DNA of 64,000 bases from Seison nebaliae (taxonomy: Eukaryota). The stretch is from positions 1 through 64,000 of the forward strand of contig JALJEE010002292.1 of assembly GCA_023231475.1 (NCBI GenBank), in the 5' to 3' direction. The notes beneath the pieces were generated by a model. The model was not told where the DNA came from. It did no database searches and saw only the letters and a program-made list of their open reading frames with translations. Shown piece by piece: positions 12,467 through 23,077 of this stretch. Positions within the stretch are counted from its first letter, which is position 1. Every line of letters begins with the position of its first letter. A program made the position numbers and the translations under genes.

Positions 12467-12651
12467 TTATCGTTCTATTTTGGCAAAAAACAGAACTATC
12501 GAGATATTCTGACTAGTTCAAATTAGGACAAGATGCCATATGGCAAAAAAAGTTAAAAATTAGGCAGTTTCAAATGTATAAACGGACACAACAAAATTTA
12601 TTTATTTTGCTGTATAATACAAATTCTGTTTTTTACAAAATAGAACGATAA
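12467..12651. mobile_element. Inverted repeat of about 28 bp flanking about 128 bp; candidate MITE or remnant
   Basis: 12467-12495 ttatcgttctattttggcaaaaaacagaa versus the reverse complement of 12624-12651, ttatcgttctattttgtaaaaaacagaa. No clear target-site duplication. Confidence 0.45.
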
Positions 12652-13102
12652 GTGTATGTATAGAAAACGAAAAAGACAATCTGGATTTTTTCCCTTTCTA
12701 AAATCAAATCGTTTTTTTCTTATAACATTTTGTTATCGTTTGGACACTACTAGTGCATAGGAAAATTTTATATAGGGTGACGAAAAGACCGTGATTCAGA
12801 TTCTCTGAATGAAAATAATTATTGTGTTTATTTCATATTATTCATATGTACTTCCAAATTTGGAATTACGATTGGTAAAATTTATTCAAGTTTCGGTTAA
12901 CGCTCGTTAATTCATTAACTAACACACCATTCTTATTTTTATAGTAAACATATTTGTTATATTGTTTTCTTAAAGTTTGATTTGAATTCAAGTAGATTAT
13001 AGAAGAAAATAAATTTCAATCGAAAAAATTCAAAAATATTTAAAATTTTAATAAAATAATTTATACGAAATTACAGCTCTTATTCAAAAGAACATTACGA
13101 AT

Positions 13103-13351
13103 ATGAATAGCATATCTGAATTATGTCAGGAAAAGAAAGAACGATATGACTCTTGTTTCCTTAAATGGTTCTCTGATGATTTCTTGAAATATCACGATCG
13201 TGGTCGACGGAATAAAGGAAAGATGAAAGAAGAGCAACCATGTGAGAAATTATTAGAGGACTATAAGAAATGTGTCAATTCGATTATCAAAGAGAAAAAG
13301 ATAAATTTGTGGGAAGTTGAAGATTTCGGAGTTAATCGAAACGGAAAATAA
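13103..13351 (+). CDS. TRIAP1: TRIAP1/Mdm35 twin CX9C mitochondrial intermembrane-space protein
   Basis: MNSISELCQEKKERYDSCFLKWFSDDFLK...CEKLLEDYKKCV matches the family pattern MNS...C..LK..YD.CF..WF...FLK. Confidence 0.92.
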   Translation: MNSISELCQEKKERYDSCFLKWFSDDFLKYHDRGRRNKGKMKEEQPCEKLLEDYKKCVNSIIKEKKINLWEVEDFGVNRNGK

Positions 13352-13676
13352 AATTCCAATCTCTCAATTTCACACAATTTCTCAAAACTCATTTCACAGC
13401 ATATTCTATTTATTATTTTGTTTAACAAATTTCTTTATTTTTCAAATAAAAATTTTCGACCAATTTTTCAAAAAGTAAAAATTTATGTTTTTTAGAATTT
13501 AAAAATATTATTTTTTTTTGAAAAATCCAAAAACAATTTTTCCATTATTGAATTTGAGTTACATATAATTATGTGTTATTATACAACCATCAAATTTACA
13601 TAAAAAAATTTTATCGAACAGAAATCTGAATTAAATAAAAAATAAAAAAAATTTAGAAAATACAGAGGAGAGTTTG

Positions 13677-15725
13677 ATGGGAAATCAATCATCTAGTCGT
13701 CGTAATGATTTCCATTCAGCCATTTGGCAGAAGGATGTGAAGAAAGTAAAGGCGTATATTCAAGCGGGACTTGAAGTGAAGAATGATTTACGTGCACTTG
13801 AAATAGCGACATTACGTGGATCAACGGAGATTGTGCAAACTTTGTTGCACAAAGGATGCATTCCTACGGACAAGAGAACTGCACGTGCACTCGATATCGC
13901 TGTATGGAAATGTCATAAAGATATCGCACAATTATTTTTAAGAGCTGGAATTGAATTTCGAGGAAGGAATCATTATAATGAGACGATTCTTTACGTAGCA
14001 GCTTGTGGGAACAATGCGATTCTCATCGATATTTTAGTTGAGCGTGGATGTGATTTGAATGAATTGACACGTTCATGGACTGCGTTACATGTGGCAGCTG
14101 CTAGGAATCACGATGATGCATTCCATGCACTTTTGAAGCACGGCGCTGAAATAAATATTCGTGACGCGGATGATTATAATGTTTTAGAATTAGCTATACG
14201 TAATGAGAATATAAAAAATATTTGTCTTCTTTTATTATGTGGAGTGAGATATTCGATTCAAGCGATGTTACGTCGTGTGTCATTGAAACATCAATTCAAT
14301 AAATATCCAGATCTATTACAAATTCTTCAACATTTCCAACGAATTCCATCCACTTATTCGGAACAACATTCTTTAAAACATTTAGCACGACTCGCTATAA
14401 GGAAAGCGATAGGACAACGTTTATGGACGAAAGTCGATCGATTACCGTTACCCAATTCATTGAAGGATTATATTCGAATGGTGGAAGTATTCACCGTTCG
14501 TTGTAATTCGAGAAAACTTTATCCTCTCATGTTTGGGTTAGCGAATGGTGGTGAAAATGATGATAAAAATGATTCATCGAATAAAAATAGTTTAAATTTA
14601 ATGACGAAAAAATATTTCCATTATAATAAACACACGTCCTTATTACCATCAACAAGTGATACGAATCAATTATCGAATCATAATTTAAATAATTCTCTTT
14701 CCAATCTCCCAACAACAATAACAACAACAACGACGAGTGGAGTGATAGCTACTTCATCATCATCGTTACAATTAGCGAATCATTCGACCAATGATAATCA
14801 ACCGATGATAACATCGATAGTTAATCATCGATGTCAAAATAAATTTAATCGAAGATTCACCAGTTCATTCAAAAAATATTTCCTTTTATCAACTCAGACA
14901 TTCGACGGACAATCGACACATCCATTACATAAAAATCATAAGAAAGATAATAAAAATATTCAAAATAAAAATAATTATCATAATATCATTTACAATTCCA
15001 TTCAGGAATGTTCGAAAGAAAAATATTTACCAATCAATAATTTCACATGGATTCTCAACGAGATTTTCCGATGTTCCGATTCTTTCAATTTTATCGATCA
15101 TTTTACAAAATGTGAATATCGTCTTATTTCTTCATTTTACTCGTTTGATGATAATCATAATTGGCATTTAAGAAATCGATCGAATTTATTCAATGATTAT
15201 CTTCTCATTATTATCGGACCACTTTTCAAATTCTCCACCAGTAACAATCAATTACCATTACATCATGGAATAGATTCAAAATTTATCATTCAATATAAAG
15301 ATGTCATTACCATTATCGTTCATTTACATTATTTCAATCGACTTCTCGCCAACATAATTCATTGGCATGAACTTCATGAAAACGGTCATCTACCATCTAA
15401 ATATGAACGACATTTACATTCACTTCATCTCAATATCCGTTTTTCCGTCATCAATATCTTATGTGAAATGATGAAATGTTCCAATACCATCGACATGAAA
15501 CCAACTTACACGAAATTATTATTATTAAAAAATCTCTTTAATTCACCACCATCCGATGAGGAGAAACAATTCAAAATGAATGACATGATGAATCACAATT
15601 CAAAATCCACTCTCTATTTCGCCAAACAATTATTTGTTCTTTCCGTTTCTCTCCTACATAATCTGTTGAGTAACGTCTTCGAATTATTTCATTCACCATT
15701 CGATAATAAACGACATAATAATAAC

Positions 15726-15759
<34 letters not shown>

Positions 15760-16073
15760 CGACTCAATGTAATAATCCAAATTGTTTCCTTGTTCAACGT
15801 TATTCCACAGAATATGTCAATCAATTAATACGAGCTGATAAGAAATTACCGTTATTCATTAATCAGTACATTCAACCATCTTCAAATTCAACTTACATCG
15901 CCAATGATACTTTGTCTTATTTGAATTATGATCATTTAGTAGATCTTAAATCACCATATTCTGATATGATTGATGATAATGATATGGAATGGTTAGAGAA
16001 GAAAAAGAATCTCAATCATTTATCCATCAATTATCGATTTGTTAACAGTCACATCAACAAACATTTCTCTTAA
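13677..16073 (+). CDS. Ankyrin repeat and SOCS-box protein with a long C-terminal extension
   Basis: Ankyrin repeats (TALHVAAARNH..LLKHGAEINIRD); SOCS box SLKHLARLAIRKAIG...LPLPNSLKDYI; N-terminal MGNQSS. Confidence 0.85.
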
Positions 16074-16431
16074 TCACACATCAAACAATTCACCTTTAAA
16101 TATTACTTCGAAAGTTTAAAAGGAAATTTTTCCCAATTTATTTTCTATTCTCACAAAAAGAAAATTTTATGACTAGAAAATTTTGAAAAATATTCTAAAA
16201 TTTTTTCCAACTTTTTTCTAATTATTTAAATTAGAATTTAATTTTCATTCTCCAAAATTTGTGAATAAAATTTATTTGTAAATGAAGAAAATTTTAATTT
16301 GACAAAATAATATCGAGAGTAGTTTGAAAATGAAGAAAATAATTATGGTGATAAAGAATTCCATCATTTATAATGAGAATAATAATAATAATAATAATAT
16401 TTAAGAGAAAAATGTTGAGCTACTTAAATAT

Positions 16432-18801
16432 TTATGATAATACGAATTGCTTCCATAAATACTTGAATTGCTCATCATCATCAATCGTTTGATGAGGTAA
16501 GATGAGATGATCTCGTATTTTGTATTCAATATGTCGTGCCATTTCAATCAATATCTGAGCATCAACCATCGCATAGATGATCTGTTGGAGTCTCAACGGT
16601 CGTCTCGACCAAGCACTAATTTGTTCACTCTTATCCAATGGATAACCGAAAAGGAATTTCGTAAAACTGGCAACTGATTCCCCTGCAATCTTTTTCGGAT
16701 TGTTGTTATTGTTGTTGTTTTTCGGTTCTTTCTTCCCCGAACTATTCACCAGATAGGGATGATGTGAATAAGTAATTTTCGATTGTACGACACTTAAATC
16801 GAGAAAATTTGAATGTGTCAAATTTTTGTTATTGAAATATCGATGGAACATACTCATATCGGTACTGAATCCGAAACCTAATTTAATCATATTTTTATCC
16901 TTCATCAATTTGGAGAATGAATTGAAGAATTCGTTGAATTTCAATATCTCTTTCTCATTCTCTTTCTCGAAATTGTACAATTTGTCCATATCAATCAAAT
17001 AAGTTTTTTTGTTCAATAATCCGATTTGTAGTAACGATATCGGCGCTTGTTTCTTCGTCGGTTCTACAAATCCTTCCATCGTATTTGCTAACCATTCACA
17101 ATCGAGAGAGAGAACTTTCTAAAGAGACAAATCATCATTTCAATATTTAAAATTGGAATAAATAACATAAAATGATAGAAACTTCATGAATTAATTGTTC
17201 GTTCAACAATTGGAGAACTTCATCAATTTCATCTATCCAATAAATTTTATATTCTCCCTCCAATAATGGTAATTGATAATATCGACATGATAATGATTCG
17301 TTTTCGATTTCTGTTTGATAAATTTGTTGATTGATCATTACAAATTTCTGATATTCAAAAATCCCAGGACTCACTATCGATTTCCGAAACTTTTCATTCG
17401 GAATAATCGCTTGTAATAATTCGTTGTAATCGTACATCCAATCTCGTTGCCATAGAAACAGAATTAGATCATTCAACAGAATATTTTCCAGAGTATTCGG
17501 ATGTTTCAATTCTAAAACTTCAATCGTATTCATCTCAAATCCATATCGAACGAACGAAGTATTAGATGAATATTCCACTAATTCAAAACTAGACAAAAAA
17601 TTTAAATTTTAAATTTCTATTAATTTTTATTTAATTTCCAAACAATTTAACTTTATTGGACGTTCGTCATCATATTTCTTAACAATCGAATTATAAATAT
17701 CGTATTGTTTATGAAGTTTTAATGTTCGTAATAACATCCGACGGAAATCGACATCTTTATCGATTCTCAACTAAAGAAAAAACGGAAAATAAAACGATTT
17801 TCAAAAATACTCTAAAATCATTTACCAACTATACAATAATCGATGAAAGTTGATATTGATGTTTCGAAGTTACGTTCTCTCAATTCTCGTTTGAATCGGA
17901 TAATTAAATGATTGAAATATGCGAGTGCAGCCGATCGATACAAATTTGGAAAATGATGTTCATTTCCACATTTCGTAGCTAATCGAACGGAAATTTTTCG
18001 AATTTTTCCAATATCCTCTCCACAAAACACATTAGATTTATGATCGCTCAATAAATGATTTCTGAGAATTTCGTTTGTAGCGGAAAGGAAATCGCAGAGA
18101 TATCTTTTGTGACAAACAAGAAATTTATCGAAGTTCAATTGATTCAAAATATCTCGACAAAAATAACGAAAGAATTCAATCCAATGATCTTTAGAGATAA
18201 ATCGAAGATATTCATCCATCTCTTTCGTATTATTCAATAAATGAATAATTAATTTGAATTCATATTTGTTGATCTTCTTCAAATTTTGCATAAGAGAATT
18301 GAAGAAATGTGTAACGATTTCCGAAACGATTATATTGTCGAAATCCAAAATATTAAAGGTTAAAATGAACCATGATTCCTTCACTTTCACATCATGTAAA
18401 TGATGACTACTTAAGAATTTCAATATCCAAAATATTTGATCAATCAATTCTTCCTGATTATCATATTGATCATAATTCAAAATGAGACGATTCTCTTCAG
18501 CTTGGAAAATTTCTTTGTTTAAATTTATCGATCGTTGTTTATTTGAATGTTCCGTATTCATTCGAATCCAATAGACGAGTATTTGGAATCCTCGAACAAT
18601 ATCATCTCTCGACGACAGATCATGAAGAACGTTATATCCAAATCTCCACACATTCACCTTACCATCAGATGGACGATGAATCCGATATGATTTCAAAAAA
18701 TCTTTTGCATATTTGGAGAATTTGGATAAAGAATCCTCATTTATTTCTCGCATTCGTCTTCCCAAATCTGATGTGACTTCTTCTCCAAATAAAACAGACA
18801 T
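16432..18801 (-). CDS. EXD3: DEDDy 3'-5' exonuclease, EXD3/mut-7/Nibbler-like; 4 exons
   Basis: Splicing restores ExoI SLDCEW. Also ISLLQIG, ExoII KLGFGFSTD, and LDKSEQISAWSRRPLRLQQIIYAMVDA (ExoIII), preceded by a long helical N-terminal region. Confidence 0.8.
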
Positions 18802-19098
18802 TTAATTTTACTTATTAGAGAAGACAAATTTTATTTTCAAACTTTTCGGCCAGTTTTACATAAATTTTTCACACTTTCTTCACAAAACTCACCAAGAAAC
18901 AAAATTCTTATTTAATAACATAAAACTCATTTCGACAAACATATATCCAGATATCTAATCTACAGACACTTCAACTCATTCATTATTTATATTTGATTCT
19001 TGAAATTTTATGGAAAAATCAATTATCTTTTCAAATTTTCATTTCCAGAAAAGAATTCACTTCAATAGTCACTTTTTCAACAAAATTGAAGGATGAGG

Positions 19099-19186
19099 AA
19101 TTTTATTAAGAAAAAACTTTTCAAAAAATTTTTTTAAGAAAAAACTTTTCAAAAAATTTTATTAAGAAAAAACTTAACAAAAAAGT
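19099..19186. repeat. Intergenic AT-rich minisatellite, ~27-nt unit, about 3 copies
   Basis: ttttattaagaaaaaacttttcaaaaaa repeated. Confidence 0.75.
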
Positions 19187-19629
19187 TGGTTGGAATAAAA
19201 ACTTTAAAACTCATTTTAAAAGAGAACTTTAAGGAGAAGAAAACTTTATAAGAAATTCGTTAGGAAACTTTTTGGAGAAATTTGGAACATCATTTTTAAT
19301 TTGTTAATACCGTTCCATGGCTGATGTTAATGATGCATTTTTTTATGATGAATCTACTTAAGATGAATCGTCATAATTCAATCAGTTTCTATAAAGAACG
19401 ATAAAAAATGAGAATTATTTAATTGAGAAAAATATTAAAATTTTAGCGTCGTTTATTCTTGGATAAAAAGGGAAAAAATATTAACATAAATAAAAATTGA
19501 TTTCATCTCATTGCAATTGTATTTTTTTGGTCAATTTATAATTATAATTTTTCAATTAAATTATTATTATAATTAAAAATAATAAAATTTCTTAAAATTT
19601 TGAAAATATTTTTTTTGGATAATTGGACA

Positions 19630-20154
19630 TTATCTGCAAATATCGAGAATCTTTTTTCCAATTTGTCGAATTGCTCCACCAACGTCTTGTCTTTCATCGC
19701 ATTGATCTTTTATTTGTTGAAAGATAGGATGTTTGAGCATTTCCGTTTCATCAGTTTCGGTGGAGAGAACTTTCCTGAGAATGAAAAAGTGATGTTCGAT
19801 TTTTCCATTCACATCATTCAATTTCACTAGAATGTTAATTTTAGAATTATCCTCCGATAAATTAAATATTTCATGAGTACACTTGGAAATGATGGTAGTG
19901 TCATGATAAATTTTGTCGATATGAATCGATGGATATGTGAGTTCGATGAGAATATGAGCCAAATCTAGAATGAAGAAATAGTCGATAACATTTTGAGTTG
20001 GAATTTCATCCGATTTTTCAATCGTTAAATCTTTCGATTCTTCACAATATTTTTCGGAAATTCCGTTTTTCAATTTATCGTAAAATTTCAAAGTTTCACA
20101 TTGTGTTTGTTCCATCTCCTTCAATGCTTTCAATGCTTCACTGAAATTATCCAT
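19630..20154 (-). CDS. Hypothetical 174-aa protein
   Basis: ATG-initiated ORF with protein-like composition between AT-rich spacers; no confident family. Confidence 0.6.
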   Translation of the reverse strand: MDNFSEALKALKEMEQTQCETLKFYDKLKNGISEKYCEESKDLTIEKSDEIPTQNVIDYFFILDLAHILIELTYPSIHIDKIYHDTTIISKCTHEIFNLSEDNSKINILVKLNDVNGKIEHHFFILRKVLSTETDETEMLKHPIFQQIKDQCDERQDVGGAIRQIGKKILDICR

Positions 20155-20276
20155 TCGAATAAAACTATAATGGATCTATAATGGAAATTGAAGAAATATT
20201 TTAAGAACATTCTCCCAAACACAAAAAATGAAACATTATTTCAATTTAATTCTTTTTCTTTTCTATCTATCGACAA

Positions 20277-20501
20277 ATGGATTACTCACTCAAATGTTCA
20301 TGCTGTGAACCGAAGGTAAAGAATTGTCTGCAAGGCGATGCATTATCATGTTGTGCACCATCAGTAACGGATTGGTGGACTATCGTCTCTTATGGATGTA
20401 TCATCTTTTCAGCATTATTTATTATATGTGTCATCTACGACTATTTCTCAGAACAACCTCCACCTACCACCAAATGTTACATGTGTAAAAATTGCCATTA
20501 A
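20277..20501 (+). CDS. Small Cys-rich single-pass membrane protein (74 aa)
   Basis: CSCC...C...CC, then WWTIVSYGCIIFSALFIICVIY, then CxxCxxC; divergent from the 20154 start. Confidence 0.55.
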   Translation: MDYSLKCSCCEPKVKNCLQGDALSCCAPSVTDWWTIVSYGCIIFSALFIICVIYDYFSEQPPPTTKCYMCKNCH

Positions 20502-20982
20502 TTATCTCACATGAAATACACAAAAAAATTGATTTCTCCAATTTCCAAAGAGAATTCTTTAAATTTATTTTACTTCCTAATAAATTTTCAATTCAGACGA
20601 AAAGAATCCATAAAAAAAATATAATTTCTATTTCAACAAAATTGACTTGTAAATATGTGACAATCTAAATTCTAATTATATTTCTGAAAATTTCTATAAG
20701 TACTTTAATTACTTGATATTCTCTCAACTTACGCTAGTTTATCCAAACAATATAATAGAAATGTTCATTCAGAATGAATGAGAACAGAAAAATTTCAATA
20801 TAGATAGCCAATAAATTTTGAATAAAAAACGGTTTTAGGAAACGGTTAGAACTGAAGTGTAGTTTGCTAAAAACGAATTTCGTTTGGGGTATAAATAATT
20901 GAGCGAATAAATTTGAACAATTAAAAATTTTCAAATTTTAAAAAATTAGAATTTTAAGCTTGAATGAAAATCAAAAAAGAAA

Positions 20983-22985
20983 ATGCAATTTACCAAAATT
21001 TTGTTTTCTCAAAAAAACTTTGTTCATATTTTTCTCGTTAATCTGTGAATTCATTTGAATTTTTAAAGAAATTTATTGAAAGTAGAAATCGAATAATCTT
21101 CCCTCATAAATTTATCGACACGATCAAGAAGAGAGATTTGAGGAAAAGAGAAGATACTCCAAAGAATGTTGGGAAGAGAAAGGGAAAATTATTGATCGAA
21201 TGTCTTCGAAATGATTTCAATCATTATCAATGTTTCTCTCATTCGAATTCTTCATTTCCTTCTTATTCTTTCCAGTTGACAAATATGAGAAATTCGATCC
21301 AATGAATCATTTGGTGAGTTTCGGTTGGAAACATCGTCGACGTAATGGAGATCATTTCGTCATTCATTCCACCACAAACGACATAAAACCGTTTGAAGGT
21401 CATTTTTCCTCATTGGACATTGGAGAGGAACTAACCGAATTAATCGATAGACAATTCTCAATTAAATATCCGTCAACAATTCAGAATTCTGCAATTCCAA
21501 TTATTACAAATCGAAATAATTGTCTGATTTGTGGAGAAACGGGAGGAGGGAAGACACTCGCCTATCTTCTACCTGTCATACAACAAATGCTTCATTGTCA
21601 TCAAACTAATATTCCTAAATGTCTCATCGGAGTTCCCACGAGGGAACTCGTCACACAAATTACTAAATTATCACAATTTCTATTAAAAGAGACTAATTTA
21701 GTGAAAACTGAAGGAAAATTTCGTTAGAAAATTTTTCTTAATTCTCTTCCAAATTTTTTTTATAAATTTTATTCAAAATTTTTTTTTATAAATTTTATTT
21801 AAAATTTTTTTTTATAAATTTTATAAAAATTTTTTTTTATCAATTTTATTAAAAATTTTTTTTTCCATAATTAGAATCGCCGATAACTGTGGGAACGATT
21901 GATCAATTATGTCGATATATAAGTAATGGTTTTAGAAGGAATTATTTTCGTCTACTAATTGTTTTTGTAGAAGAGATAGATGTAGAAAGATTGAGATGGT
22001 TAATTTTAGACGAAGTTGATACGTTGTTGGACGACAGTTTTGCTCATTCATCTAACGAATTATTTAATATACTTCGAGTTATTAATTTCTATTCATCGAT
22101 TGTTTAATTAAGAGAATTTATTAGAATAAAATGGATTTGCGGTTTGAGTCAGATCTCCAATTCATTTTTTGTGGAGCGACAATTCCGAGAGATTTGGAGA
22201 ATATTCTACAAGACATTCTTCCAGTTCCCTTTTTACCACATATAATGTTATTCTTTAATTATTTCAGTATAACGAATTGCAGAGAGTTTATACAGACCAA
22301 GTCAATCGATTATTGCCGAACGTCCGACACGAATTCTATCGATTGGGATCGTCGAAAAAATCGGGTTGGAAAATGTTAATCTTAATGGAAAAATTTTAAT
22401 TTTTAGAATATTTCTTATCAAATTTTTTTGAATTAGATTTTCTCTTAAAATTTCTTAAGGAGAATAATAATCGAACAATTCTCATATTTGCGAATGAAAC
22501 GAGAACTGTGAGTTGGTGTAAAAAGTTTCTGGAAGAGAATGAGATTGAGAATGTTGAAATGATATCGACACGATTATCGAAAAAAAAAAGAAAAAATGTC
22601 AGCGAAAAATTAGTTAAGGGAAAGAATAAAAATCAGATAATTTGCACAACTGATCTGTTGTCGAGAGGAATCGATTATGATAATGTCGATACAATTATCA
22701 ATTTCGATTGTCCGAAATATATCAGTGATTATATCCATCGTTCTGGTCGACTCGGTCGATTAAATTCCAGTTAAATTTTTGAAATTTTCTAAATTGATTT
22801 AAATTTAATTAAAATAATTTTTTTCCATTTCAGAAACGAAATTAATCAATAAAGTTGTGACGTTGGTAAGTCATCCGTGGGAGGGAGAAATTATCATGAA
22901 TATTGAATCTGCTGCTAGATTCGGAGAGGGTTTCTCCAACGTCAACGCGAATATTAAAAGACATTTGAATAAGAGAACTAAATAA
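20983..22985 (+). CDS. DDX28: Mitochondrial DEAD-box RNA helicase, DDX28-like; about 9 exons
   Basis: Q motif (PSTIQNSAIP), GETGGGKTLAYLLP, PTREL, LDEVDTLLDDSF, GAT, SRGID, YIHRSGRLGR. N-terminal GWKHRRRNGDHF and C-terminal SHPWE...IESAAR...NVNANIKR are typical of DDX28. The start exon is tentative. Confidence 0.85.
21751..21864. repeat. Intronic ~26-nt AT-only minisatellite, about 4 copies
   Basis: aaatttttttttataaattttatt(c/t/a)a repeated inside intron 21723-21874. Confidence 0.8.
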
Positions 22986-23077
22986 ATTTATTCATTTGTA
23001 AAATATGTTTTTCTATGGGGAAAAAAAAAGAGAATTTGGTGGAGGAATAAAAACAGAAATAAATAATTTAAAATTCT

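Noticed and set aside
19630..20154. Faint resemblance of the N-terminus to Mediator subunit MED27
   Set aside because: Too weak and the protein too short to assign without a profile search
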